Positions 40,054 to 53,307 of a stretch of DNA of 64,000 nt are shown here, one piece after another. Both the position numbers and the translations under genes were made by a program. Location of the stretch: positions 938,660-1,002,659 of the forward strand of contig JAQGDQ010002366.1 in the NCBI GenBank assembly GCA_030141605.1, in the 5' to 3' direction. The stretch's first letter is position 1, and every line of letters begins with the position of its first letter. Below the pieces are notes generated by a model. The model did no database searches and was not told the DNA's origin. It saw only the letters and a program-made list of their open reading frames with translations. This stretch comes from Tubiluchus corallicola. Its lineage: Eukaryota > Animalia > Priapulida.

Positions 40054-42210
40054 TAATACGCCATCATCATGTTTGACAATGCAAACGTCACAGTGATAAC
40101 TGACATGAATACCTGCTTTTTTCTCTGCTGGTTCTTAGAAATCTGAAATGGCCGTGTAAGCTGTATGAATTGCAGTTATGAAACTCCAGAAAAAGTCGTA
40201 CTTAGGAATGTGACATTAACAAGATCTTTAACTCTAACTAGTGGGCTAATTAGGAGCTCGTTAGTGTGGTCCGTCTCGCAAGGCCTCACTGTTTTAATGA
40301 TCTCATTAATTCAAACTTGATGACGTTTTGCGAAAAGCATTTCCTAAGCAGGTCACTTAATAAATTAATGATGTTATTTTAACGAGACCTTTGTGTGTGG
40401 ATGGAGCCAGAGGCATTTTTGAGTGGTTTCATTTGATATTCTATAAGATATTCAGATATATTAATGTGTCAAAAATTGTAACTGTTAGGATATGTTTGTT
40501 TAACAATTGTTGGTTAGTTGATTGGCAGAATTTTTTTAAGTGAAATACCATATATTTCTATATTCTTCGTGAATAATTAGATGATGGTAGTATTATATGT
40601 TGAGACAGCTTCCACTAATTTTTCTAAAACATTTAGTAATTGTTTTTCGTGATGTTAGTTAACTGTCTACACTTACAATGATTTACTATTAGGCACAAAG
40701 TAATCTCACTGGCAGTAAATACTGAACAGTGAGACAATTAAACCAGTAAATTGTGCATATATTTCGCTGATTAGGAGAAAAAATGTCCCAATTTGTTTCT
40801 TTAAAAATTGTAGTGTATTTCCTATTTGACTATGTTTTGTACATGCATTATAATTTCCTATAACGTATTAGCAGCTCATTGTCACAAAACATAGTTTGCA
40901 ATAATGATCCTTAATGCGGAATTGATTTCGCAATTAAGGGCAAGATTTTCTGTGGCAACTGCTAAACTGTACTACTTCCGTGTTTAAATTATTTAAAACG
41001 TACTGGCTATTCACAAAGTGAATATTACAAAGTGATAACTAGCTATTCACTGGTTCATGTAAATTCCAGCAGAGCCCAAGCAGTATAATTATGCAGCCAC
41101 AATTTCAACATGTAAAAATTGTATGTAGCTAAATTTTAGTATGAATATTTATTACTATTTATAATAGTTGTTCTAATTGAACAATCATAGAATTTGTGAT
41201 ATTTTGTATTGTACATTCCACATTTAGCTTGATGTTGTTTGTGTGTTTGCTGTCTGTGATTTTGTAAGTATAGTTAAATTAACAGAATCACACTGAGTAG
41301 AACTATATAACAGAGAAAGACAGTCTTTTGATAAAAACATTATATATTGCTTGCTTTAATATGTTTCAAATTTGATTAAGTTAGCATCCTGCACATCCCA
41401 TTTAATGCAGTGGCAATGCATTGTGTTATAAATTAATTTTAACATATGTCCAGGCTCTGTGTCTCATTTCTGAACTGATTGCATAACTTTTTATTGCATC
41501 AAAACAAAATTGCCACTAGCAAAGTTGTAAAAATACATTATAATTTATAAATGTAGATTTGTTTATTGTTCTTAGTACATTATTGACTTGTTTTTGTCAG
41601 TTTTCTCATTAACACCAGTGGTGTAATATCTTTTGTTCTGTAAGCTGTTTTATAAATCATATTATAGCAATTAAATATTACTCTGTCGTAAAATGTACAG
41701 TAACATACAATTTTTGATCTAGTCTACGGATATGGATGTACAAGTTCAAGAGAAGGAACGTATGTATGCACAAGGTTATATGAATTGACCGATGCATTCT
41801 CACTGTATTACGAATTCGTATAATTAGTTGATAGTTCGTTTATAACTATTATTATAATGTGCTCGGAATGTATTATGCCATTTTTTGCAACTTTCAAGTA
41901 TTGTATGTATGAATTTTAAAAATGGTGCCACAGAATAAACTGAAGTGCAGTTTGCTAGTCAAGTTGATAAATTAATTTACCATTATTGTGTGATAACCTT
42001 AATTAAAGTTAAGGTTTGGTGAGTGTTGCTTTTAATGGTGTTTTGTACCTGTATAGAACTTTCGTGTACTCTCTATGTATTATTGATATAACCAGATTTT
42101 TTACCTACATTTTCTAGGTTTGTGCAGTAAGACATTCTTGTGTGGTGTCATTTTATTCATTTGTATTTTAACCTGTGACAGATGTGCACTATAAGAAATT
42201 TACAATAAAT
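40054..42210 (+). other. Putative long 3' UTR of the FBXL2/20 gene
   Basis: T-rich, CpG-poor sequence after the stop; AATAAA near 41934 and 42204. The cleavage site is not determinable. Confidence 0.45.
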
Positions 42211-44239
42211 TGATTTGAATTTGAAAACAGTTTTGAATTTTTGGTGATTAAAATACAATTGTTTCCATCAACTCAGTTCGAACTGGATAAATTTTGTAGA
42301 GGGGTAACCGTTACATATCTACCATAATCAATGAGCAACACTATTATTCCCTCAAAATTAGGAGTAGGTTTGTGAATTCAGATGCTTTGCCATCATTTTA
42401 TGGGGAAGCAAAATTGCAAGATACAAATCATGCTTGTAATTTTTTTATAAAAGCAGATTGTGCGACAATGGCAAGAACTCATCAAAACAAACGACCCAGT
42501 TGAGGAGAAAAACTGAGAAAAAAGAAAAAGTGCAACAAGAAAAAAGAAGTCACCAAGGAAATTTTTGTGATTTTACGTCAAAAAACATGGGACTCAAGAT
42601 TTAGGCATGAAAGAGATGGACTAAAAAAGTGAACAAAAGACAGTGAAAAAGAATGGACTACAATGCAAAGCACTAGCACATAATAAAAGAATTTTGAAAA
42701 ATTTTGATCCAGCCTAAAACGTGTGCAGTGGTAAGAACAAAGGCGTTGTTTCCATTTTGATGATTGTTAACAAACTTTAACAAAATTTTCCGCGGACAAG
42801 GCAAGGTCCACTCTTTGCGGGTGTGCACAGAAGGTGCAAAATATAATGGTAAGTCATAACAATGAGAAAATTGGCCTGCCATCAGTTTGCTGCATTGGAA
42901 TGACAGGAACATGTCTATGTGTATTAAATTATTATTACTACTGACTTTCTTTCCAAAGTATCTGAGATAACAGGGAAGACATGATGTGGGGACATAGAAA
43001 GAGTTCCACATAAAAGCGACTTGGCAAAATATGCTCGAAAGGTGTGGCATAACAGCGGGATTTCATGCAAGTCAATAGCAAACTGACAAGATCTAGCAGC
43101 TTATCTCCACGGAAGAAAACTACTTTCGAATTAGAATGGCACTTAGTAGAGTGCAGACCTGTGCCAATGGCGGAGGGGTGACCTATCCATGAAGTTAACG
43201 AAAATCAGTTAAATAGTTTTTGTTTAAAGGAAAACTGGACCCAATCCTAAACTGTATGTCAAAACAATCTATTCTTTAAATATTAGGGAACATACTATTT
43301 TTTAAAGAACGCCTTGCGTGAAAGAATTATTTAATTGTCAGAAATGCTTTGGCATTATACATTTTACCATACTTCAAAATGTGGTAGGATATGAAAAATT
43401 GTCTTGTTTTGCTTTAATACTAACATAAACAAACAGTAGATATTGTAGAGCACTTGAATAGAATAAATCTGATACAAACAGCAAAATATACAATGTAGTC
43501 ATATTGAAACAATTTGCTTCACACATTTACTTAGCTATCACACTGCATATACTTACATGCAGACCACCAAAATAAGAGGCTACCACAATCAGAAAATAAA
43601 ATGTGTTCAGGTAAGTACTATTGCATATTGTGCACTATTACCTACTAAAAATCTGAATACATAATTGGCCAATGCAGGATGGCTTTTGAACCTGCTTCAA
43701 TTTGATAAAACTTGCAGTTGCAAGCAAATTTCTTAGATCATTATAAAAAGCACATAAAATTGTAGTGAAGGTATGCCGGCACGCAATTCTTTTCTTAACA
43801 AATGTGCAAGCAAAAAAACAAACGCCTAATACTAGAGCTACATAACAGAAGTACTTCCATTATTATAAGACTTACAGTTAAATAAACCGAAAAATCTATG
43901 CTAAAAAGTTTTCAACTTGTCAATTTGTTTAAGAAAACAATAACAAACGTAATCTATATAACACGTAAAAAATCACATGCAGCAAGAAAAGATTGTAGAC
44001 TACACAACAATTAAAAAAATTGTTTTGATTTCATCAATAAAAATGAATCAATTAGAGTTGTCATACATATAATTTTATAATTCATCCTGTTTTTAATGTT
44101 GGACTCTTTCAAGCAAAGTTTAAAAAGTAGTTTCAAGAGAAAAATCCTTAAAATAATGGGAAACTCAACAAACTTTGAACTGAACAAGTTCATATCACAA
44201 AGCAAAGCTGCTTTACAAACACTAAGGAAATTATATTTC

Positions 44240-44300
44240 TAAACAAAATAAGACCAAGTTAACCCCTATTTGTAAACAAAAATAAGACCAAGTTAAGCCC
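44240..44300. repeat. ~33-bp tandem duplication in the Spo12-like 3' region
   Basis: TAAACAAAATAAGACCAAGTTAA(C/G)CCC occurs twice in tandem. Confidence 0.8.
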
Positions 44301-44845
44301 GTAACAGCTTTATTTATAACTAGCTCTTTTCGACATAGCTGCAGAGATATTTCTTATGTTAAAGTATTAAAATGAAATTTTTTACAGGTTCTTAACCACA
44401 AGATCTACTTTACCCATCTGATGGTATGCGGTTAGAGAGAATTTTGCGGCTTTCTAACAATGTATGACACAATAAATTTCGTTGACACTGAGGCTTTCTA
44501 TAGCTGTCCAAACTAGAACCTTACACATGTTTAGAGCCTGCTGTCGCAGCTGCAAATGACTTAATGACTTGTAGCTATGGCAGTAAATTAAAAAATAAGT
44601 TACAGATGTAGTAGTAACATTTGTTTTTTCTTTTGAAGCTATTTGGGCAAATTGCATGAGAAAGCAGCAGTTCACTAAGCATCGAAATAACATAAAATTA
44701 ATATCTAGTAAGGAATGTAAAAGCTGTGCTATTAATAATTGCAAATTACAAAATATAATACGATTTATACACAAACCATGGAATCATAGCAAATAATTGC
44801 AATTATTAACTCAGTAATAACAGAAAAAGCAGTGTTCATAACTGG

Positions 44846-47800
44846 CTACTGATTTGGCCCTAACCCTTGGTTTTCTTTCTCAACATCTTGCTTCCCTTTT
44901 GAATTAGTAGAGCTCTCTGATGGCAGTGCTATTTGTTTTAAAAGTTTTCTTGGCTTAGGTTTCCTGCAAAGCAAAAAGTACAAGACTGAATAGGCCCACA
45001 GAATTTAGTTCACCATTAATATACAAAGCCCGACCAAAATTAACGTAGAACCCTAAGTACAATCCATAGTTTTTCTTCTTTCGACCAGATAATCAGATGT
45101 GGTATCAAACAATTAATAATTGTGGGGTTATTCTGACAATTTTAATCATATTTTCTTTTGAGCTTAAAATCATAAGCTTTATTGCAGTCATTTTCTGGTC
45201 ATTGCTCTGTCAAAGAATGGTAAAATAAATGTTTGTGGGTGCATATCAGCAGCAGCATAGCATTTTTTAAATTTTTAATTCTATGTTCTTATGTTGGCCT
45301 AAAGGACATAACAGTACTTTATCACTATAAAAAGTATTGTTTTGAAGAAGTGCTAAACAACAATTACAAAGCCACAATAAATCATTGGAAGGTTTGTGAA
45401 AACAGCAGGAGTTACTGGAAACTAAATGTTACGAAGGAGACTTTCTTTTTAAATGTGAACGAGTAGTGCTCCACCTTACACAATTACACCTAATACTGCT
45501 GGTACCACCAGTATGCATCATTATTCATTACATATATGACTAACAAGATGCATTTGCCCAGAACAGTGCATGTTTTTTATGAACCAACACTGACTGTCTG
45601 TCTTTTTATTATAATGGACAATGTTTTTAAAAGGCAAAATAAAGAATATACTACTACTACTACTACTAAAAGCAAAGAAACAAGCCCTGCCATTGGGTGC
45701 TATTTTTGAGCACTTGTCTTAAGTCGTAATTTGAAATTGAAACATTCAAGACTAATTTACTCTAAACTGGGGAAAATTACTATTTACCTTTCAAACTTAA
45801 TAACTCAGCTGGCTACATCGCTTTGACACTGAGCCCGCAATTTGCTTTTGAAAACACTAGCATTTGAGGCACTAATTACATCGTTCAGCAAGGTATTCCA
45901 GCAGGGAATAGCTCCTTTGGTGAAAAAATGACCTTTTATATTAGTATGATAGAAACGCTGGAAAAGTTGTATCGAATATCCACGTAAATCATATTGACGA
46001 TGAGTCGGGAAGAAGAGGTCTTACTCAAGATGGTCAACTCGTTCAAAAATTTTTAAACAATGAATGAGATTTATAGTTTTATGGTGATGTACTGTGGTGA
46101 CCAGACAACTGATACATACTCAAGCTTTGGCCGAACCAGTTTTTTATACAGTGTTGGTTATACCAATATCCAGGAAAAAGGCTGTTGATATTTGTGCTAA
46201 ACGTAATACTTTGATGTGCCCTGCAGTTTAACTTCTACAGAAATTGCTAGTTGAATTGCTTGTGATATTTGTAAAAATAGTGGCATAAAGTTTGTGCACT
46301 TATGTTCTTACAAAGATTTGGTGAAGTATAAAAAATATAAAATTGATTTTGTTTGTGCTATTTGTGTTCCTGGTAGAAAGTCATCTAACAAGGAGCCGGA
46401 TTCACAGGATACAAGTGACATCGTTCAATCTTGCGAAAATAAACTTGACCATTTGATTTCTGTTCTCTTTGAAAATTTTAGCTGTATAGCAGACATTTCT
46501 TCTAATAGTTCTAGTGGCAGCAGTAGTTACTCTAGTGGCAATGGCAATCTTATTTCATCAAGTAATGCTAAGAACTTTTATAAAAATTGTTGTGTTTATA
46601 GTTTAGACAGAATTGTAGTTGTAAATAAAGTTGATGACCTTTGTGCCTTTAAAAACAGTGCTGCTATAATAAAAGAATTGAAGAAGATTCCTTACATCTC
46701 CCAAAAAGTTGAATTGGCACATAGCTTAGCTGGTGGAGGTATTGCCCTTTATACTCATTAGGGTGAATCTGCTTCAGATATCATCAGTCACTGGCCTCGA
46801 GGTCAAGTGTATGGTAGTTCAGTTGTAGTCCGTCTGCCAAAGCGTGCTGATCCTAACGCAAAATCTAATGTTTGTTACATTAAAAATGTACCTAGAGACA
46901 ATTACTGGGATAATAATTGTGCAGCAGCTAAAAAAATCTTAATTTTCATCGGAAAAAGTTTCATGAGCGAAATCTTCCCCAGAACAAATTTAAATTGTTG
47001 GAAGCAGAAGTATGTTTTACTTACGCAATTGACATTGCTCTCCTGTTTTTGAGGATTCTTGAGAAATTTGATATTCTTCAAAATTGTTTTTTGATGTAAA
47101 GCATATCTGCCAAAGAAATTTTGATGATAGTTTCAAAAGAAATGTTGAGGAAAAGCTAGCTTCAAAAGATGTTTGTCCAGCAAGGTCTGGAATTCATTGT
47201 TCTTTTGCACTAAAGGAGTATATAATGCAATTAGCCACTTGAAGGCAAGTAAATCACCTGGTCCTGATGAATATCCTCCTGGGTTATTTATACACTGTGG
47301 GAGCAATTTGAAGCACATATTATTGAAGAGTTTTAAGTCATGGACCAATAGAATTCTACAGACAGCTTGGACTTGTGCAAATGTTAAGTTCATCAGGAAA
47401 CAAGGCAAGGATGACTATTATGTACCCTCTTTTTATTGTCGTATTAACTTGACATCATTCATTTGTAAAATTATGGTAAGATTAGTACTTTTTAAATTAA
47501 ATACGGCAATTGATACATATAATATAATAATACTGATACACAACAAGATGGTTTTAGGAAGTTCTGTTCTATAATTCACCCTGTTTACGACTTTGTACAA
47601 ACTATATGTGATGGCTTTAATAATGCTAATCAAACAGTAGCTTGTTTCTTGGATTTGGAGAAAGATTATGACCGTGTATGGCGAGATGGACTTCCTATCA
47701 AGATATATAATGTTCGCATTGCTGGCAGATTACAGTATGGATTAAAGGTTTCTTATCAAACAGACATGCTAGACATCTGATTAATGGCTATCAAGGGCCA

Positions 47801-49941
47801 GTATTGCTTCTTCTAAGGGATTACCAAAAGTGAGTGTTATTTCAGCATCTTTATTCAACATTTTCATAGCTGAAATATGTTCAAGTCTGTACAGGAAAAT
47901 CATTGCAAGCATGCAGATGATGGTACTTTATGGCACACTGATTCAGGTGTCATCAGTCTAGCTTCATTAGTTTGTTCTGATGTGGAACATATTATTAACT
48001 GGCGTTCTTTATGGCATATGTCACTTAATTTAAGTAAAACTGAAGTTACTGTGTTTAGTAGAGTTCCTAATATACTACCTAGTAATTCTCCTTTTTGTGT
48101 TTATAATGTGTTGTTAGAGCAAAATCAATTTCCAAAGCTACTTGGCATAACCCTAGATAAGAAATTAACCTTTCATCCCCCACACTGTCAAACTATGAAT
48201 GAAAGCTAGCAAAGTTCCTTCAGTCGTTAGAGAAATAAGAGGTATTGTTAATATTTCAACTTTGTATAAATAAATGCCTTGTTTGTTCATTGATGAAATA
48301 TGGTGTCATATAGTTAAACGCAAGGCTTTGTCTTTATGTCTTGATCTCCCTTCGACTGCTGGTGTTGAAGTATTGGAGGTTGTTAGTAGTGTACCTCTGT
48401 TACAGAGCTTGCAAAAATTGAATCAAAACCACTATCTAATCCTCTGAAACAACAACTAGAAGATTTTAAAGCAGTTGGTTTGGGTAATATCAGATTTGTT
48501 TCTCTTAAGGCAAAAGCTGCTTCTTTGGCATGGGAGGTGGAGAAGAACTGGAATGCTATTATTTCTCAAGTGGTTCCGGCAGTTGATTTCGATCTAAATG
48601 ACAATTTTACAGATATTCCTGTGGCTAAACCTAACTATTGGAATGTACTAGGATCCTCAAACAATAGGTCAGAGAAGCACAAGAACTTCTTGGGAAAGCC
48701 TTTGTTATAAATTCTTTATGCAGTCTTTCAGATAATGCTGTTTTAGCATTTACAGATGGTTCTTGTACAGACAATCCTGAACAATGTGGAACAGGAGCAG
48801 TAATTTATTCAAATATTCACAATTAATCTTTGTAGCTACAGATACTAAAAATGTTACAGTTTTTTCAGATAGTAAATCTTCAGTAGCATTGTATCTTTAG
48901 GATGATCTTGTAACTGTTACGAAGATCTACATGACAGCATAAAAATTATGTTAAATTTCATTATAGTATTGATATTCATGTTAACTTCTTTGTATAGATT
49001 CTTGGACATCGTAATATTATTAGAAATGATCTTACTGATTCCTTCACTAAAAGGGCTGCCCATGATGCTCAATTTGTGGTCATAAATTCCTGTATTTACA
49101 GTTTGCAAGATGTCAGGAATGCAAGCCGGTAACTTTACTACGTAAATGGTAGTTTCGACGGAATCACTAGCTTCAAATGGTAGATTCTTCTATAATTTGT
49201 GTTCACCAGTGGTTTTCAATAGAAGACTTGATTTTCAAAGTCACAGTTTTCCAAACTTACGCAAGAGCTACCCTAAACTTAATTATTATTTTCATACAAT
49301 TGGAAGTGTCGATTCTCCACCATGCGAGTGCGGTTCAATGAAATCTACAGAGCGCATTTTTGTCTGTGTGTGTGTTTCATGCTAATCAAAGGGATGTGCT
49401 GCTATACAATATTTCCCGACATACTGGCTATCTAATTTCAAGCTAGTTGATATATTGTCAAGTGAAGTCACTGATCAAGATGATGTTGATATTGAGGCCA
49501 TAATAAAAGATCTTTGTTCTTTTATAGATAGCACTGAACATGTAAACAAGAAGACATTATTATATTGCGTCAGTGTTGGAGTCATAGCCCCGTATTCTCT
49601 TTATTTCAGCTTTTAGAAAGAAATTTTTCATTGTGATAAACAGCTCATATTGTGGTGATTAAAGCATTTATGTGAACATTTTGTCGATAAACATTGGTGT
49701 GGAGACTATAACTTTAAATGACATTATTTATTATTAAGTAATATTCTTACATTTGAGCTCCCATTAGTCTTGCTGTGCAAGGTGAGAAAATGTTATCAGT
49801 TGGACTTGTAAATTTTTCGCTCAGCTGCCTTCTTTTTACAGCGGCTGGCGTTGCCGATGCTGTTCCGCAATTTTGTGATGATGCCAAGTTATGGGCCTGG
49901 CTGACATCATTCAAAGAACCTGCGTCTTCTTTGGTTGACAT
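44846..49941 (-). CDS. Spo12-family small protein (102 aa), two exons
   Basis: Exon 1 49941-49751 (ATG at 49941; phase-2 donor AT|GTAAGA) and exon 2 44963-44846 (acceptor tttgcag|G; TAG stop) join in frame: MSTKEDAG...KRRQLSEKFTSPTDNIFSPCTARLMGAQMKPKPRKLLKQIALPSESSTNSKGKQDVEKENQGLGPNQ*. The core FTSPTDNIFSPCTARL matches the Spo12 signature (budding yeast Spo12 FASPTDRLVSPCSLKL, from memory). Confidence 0.8.
45651..46085 (-). mobile_element. 3' fragment of a CR1/L2-like LINE with (TAG)n tail, in the Spo12-like intron
   Basis: Minus strand encodes degenerate LRGY..QLF...HFF..WNTL-like sequence; (CTA)n run at 45651-45667. Confidence 0.55.
46100..49738 (+). mobile_element. Decayed non-LTR retrotransposon (Cys-rich ORF1, RT, RNase H, C-terminal CCHC-like), antisense within the Spo12-like intron
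   Basis: ORF1 remnant 46294-47050 (H.C...FVCAIC). RT motifs KSPGPDE, CFLDLEKDYDRVWRDGL, GLPKVSVISASLFNIF, KHADD, KLLGITLDKKLTF. RNase H AFTDGSCTDNPEQCGTGAVIY (48746-48808), VFSDSKS and *ILGH..RND..D. C-terminal SPPCECG. ATTATTT tail ending ~49738. Many stops and frameshifts. Confidence 0.85.
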
Positions 49942-50799
49942 TTTCGAATAACACAAGCGAAGGTACACATTCAAATACGAGTTCGCTCAGTACGTCACTG
50001 TGACTTTGCACACTGCGAAAATTTAAAATTCCCTCCTGCTAATCCTATGATAGCTGGCTTCAACAATATGCATTATCTTTGTAACTGTAGTGCAAAATGA
50101 GAAGAGGCCAGTCACCAGTGTGATTTCTTGATTTTAATCGATCTGATAAACGTCCGTCAGACAAACCAAAGACAGCCTGCATAATTTATCAAGGCTTAAC
50201 AAAACTCTTTAATAATCGAGGCCAAATTTAACAGGAACACAAGAGTTTTAGCAGTGATGAAACTATGCATCTGCAGACCATGCAGTTTGCCATATTAGTG
50301 AAGACCTTATTGTGAAGAAGTCACCAAGCGAACCGAAGTAGTGCATAATAACTAGAAACTTTCTCCTGCATGAAATCAGAAATAAAGAAATTAGCTTAAT
50401 ATTTAAAGTTATAACAGTTTTATAACTGAGACTTTAATGGATCTCCTCTGTAAGGAAATGACTATTGATGAAATATTGTAAGTTGACCTGAATGCTTAAC
50501 ATATGGCGAACTGATTCAATTATGATTAAATTTTATCTACTCCGTGCAAAAGCATTTCTCCATTATCTTTCAAAGTACTTTTACCTTACTGTAAGAGAGA
50601 AAGTTGACAATAAATGATCAATGATAAGCTTAGGCCTAGGGCGAGGTTTAATTTAGTTATAATCGTTTTATTTAACATAAGATATAACGTGTGCAAAAGA
50701 TATAAAAAAACTATTATTGGCTAATTATGAAAATTATTAAAGGTTTCATTTCGCTTCTCTCTCTCATTTCATAGGAGCTATGTCAGTTAGCTTTTGATC

Positions 50800-51695
50800 A
50801 AACTGTTTTCTTTTTTTCACATTTTTAAACACTTTGATTTATGGATTCTGTCAGCTGGACATCTCTATATAGGAGTACGACTTGTTAGCAACGATGCCGT
50901 AAAATAATATTCTCTTATCTGAAATTCTGTTAACTTATATCTCAGGTAAATGTTTACTTTATATTTTTCTTTGAATTGGTTATTGAACCAGTGTACACTT
51001 ATATAAATTACATGATGAAATTGTTTTTCAATCGAAAATATAATTAATACTAAACTCCTATGCTACATTACCATATCTATTTATTTGCCCTTTTATTTTT
51101 GTATTGTTTTTGTTGTTGTATACATCAGTGGTTTGCATTTTTTGCATAATATTAAATATTTCGCAACATATGATTTTGATTTGCATGTAAATGGTAATGA
51201 TGATATTCTTGGATTTTTATAATTATAATATTAGCTTAACACTATTGCATTTATATTTTGTTACGATTTTGTATGAATTTTTGTTTTACGCACTTTTAAT
51301 ACGTTCATAAGATGCATGTTTTCTTGTTATTGAGTATACCGAGTTATTACTAGAACTCCTCAAATTCGAGTTACATGCAAATTATGCTATTTTTAGCATG
51401 CTAGTACAATTTATTTCTTTTTTTGCTCATTTAGAATGTGAAATTTCGTTTTTGGCGTTTTTCTTTTATGTTATATAGATATAAACAAGTGCACAATTCA
51501 ATATTTCATTATTTTTGATTAGTTATCGTCTGCACTACATGCAAAATATTTATAACAGAACTGAGTTGGGGTGGCTGATACGATAACGCACGTTCTTCGC
51601 CACCCCTTCCCATTTGATTGGCTATTATAATTATGCCACTAAGCTTTAATCGATGTTGTATGTGGGAAAAACAATAAATGATTTGATTTGATTTG
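50800..51695 (+). mobile_element. Old LINE 3' remnant with AATAAA-(GATTT)n tail
   Basis: Ends in CAATAAATGATTTGATTTGATTTG. The GGGGTGGCT...TCTTCGCCACCCCT motif resembles the 3' end of the element at 33880-33960 (minus). Confidence 0.4.
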
Positions 51696-52224
51696 GATCA
51701 ATGGTTTTAGTGTTGGGAATGGCTTCATTCAGCCGCCTTCAGAATTGGCCAGATATATAACAATATGTCTCCTAACCCTCCTCACAATACATCAAAGGCA
51801 CTGGGCACCCTATAGTTAAAAGCAAAATTACAACAGATATCAACACAGCCTAGCCGTGTCATGATAACCCACATACTAGCATGTGAACACACATTGGCAA
51901 TTGCCAACCATCCCCTAATTATGATTAAATGATAAAATGTTACTAACTGCCAGCATAACTGGTCATAGAAAATGAAATACTACCAGTGGTCAGTTGCATT
52001 CAAGCTACACAGTTGCCTATTTAGACAGTTTACACTCTTATGCCAGGAAACGTTGTGACACTCATCATTACAATTTGCCGAAAATCAGGACCATCATTGT
52101 ATCCACAACCTGAAACTACAGCACTAGCAGTGAAGTTTTACGTCTTCCTTATATGCAAGGAAGTATTGAACAATTAGTCAAGATGCCTACATCAGCTCTG
52201 ACTAATACTCTGTGGTTCTTGTGC

Positions 52225-52527
52225 CAGGGCCGAATTATCCTATATGCTGGTATATCGGACTCCAAGCTTTGGTAGAATTTGGTAAAAAATCTGTTTATTC
52301 ACTACAGCTGTGCTGAAATTGTGTGCTAATTTGGTTTTCAAGAAATAGTAAAATGTCGTGTTTCTCAGAGATTAGTTTTATTGACAAACTGATGTTTACT
52401 TCATTGCAATAAATTTACTTCAAACTATGAAAAATGTTGCAAGTTAAATGGTCTCCCCACCCAAAGAGGCTTCATAGTTTCATTAGCTTAAGCCCCAAGG
52501 GCCCCAATAGTTCATAATCCGGCCCTG
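52225..52527. mobile_element. hAT (Tip100-like) MITE with the same TIR type as 35914-36194
   Basis: TIRs CAGGGCCGAATTAT / CAGGGCCGGATTAT; TSD not preserved. Confidence 0.75.
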
Positions 52528-53307
52528 GTTATCATTCAATATAAAGTTGATTGTTGTGCGAGTTGCCTTTTGTCGTGCTGATACTCATTTCTAATATTAT
52601 AGCAAAAGGGATATCAAATCTTGCTGAAACATACAGAACCAGAACCACTGCATGTGAGCTGCTTGCTTACATGTACACACATGGAGGACATCAAATTTTG
52701 ATGCTCTTGATAGTTAAAGACATTAAAAGAGAAAAATGTTATAGTTCATAACATTGCAAATGCATCAATGGTTAAACTACGACTTCATCTCATACAACAG
52801 TTGCATTTTTCTGATTCTTTTAATGTGAATGTTTCATTAGTTGTTCTGTCTCAAGATCGCATAAAAACATTAAAGTCGCAAAATGTATGCTCATGTATCA
52901 TTTTAATATACAGCTAACAATTTACAAGTGCCCACAAATATATCAGTCACACTAATGACAGATAATGCTATTAAGAAATAACATTCATATAACAAATTTC
53001 ATAGAACAGAATTAATCATTTAGATTTTAGAATGTTACAATAATGAGCCCAATATAACTTTTACAGTGAGGCTGTATAATTGCACATGAATGTGATTATG
53101 CTATTAAGACAAGCACATTAATTCGCTGTTGTGAACCAAAATTTACAGTCCATATCCAGCAAATTATTATTATGACTTTCGAAAAATCTGGTACCAATAT
53201 GTACAAGATGTTTTTGTACCCTTTTACCACTAATTAATCATTATTTACAAAAAGAAATGAATACTTCTCAAAATCAAATTTAGACAAAATATAAATTATT
53301 TCATTTA

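Noticed and set aside
40054-42210. miRNA-seed and Pumilio-like motifs (e.g. TGTGATA, TGTA-rich) in the FBXL 3' UTR
   Set aside because: Expected by chance in 2 kb of AT-rich sequence without conservation data.
42300-43200. Purine-rich, coding-looking stretch and 125-aa minus ORF between the convergent genes
   Set aside because: Multiple stops in all frames and no recognisable motif; probably TE debris, family not identifiable by eye.
49942-49974. N-terminal extension MNVYLRLCYSK of the Spo12-like ORF
   Set aside because: It starts at TTG; the first in-frame ATG (aaaATG) is at 49941.
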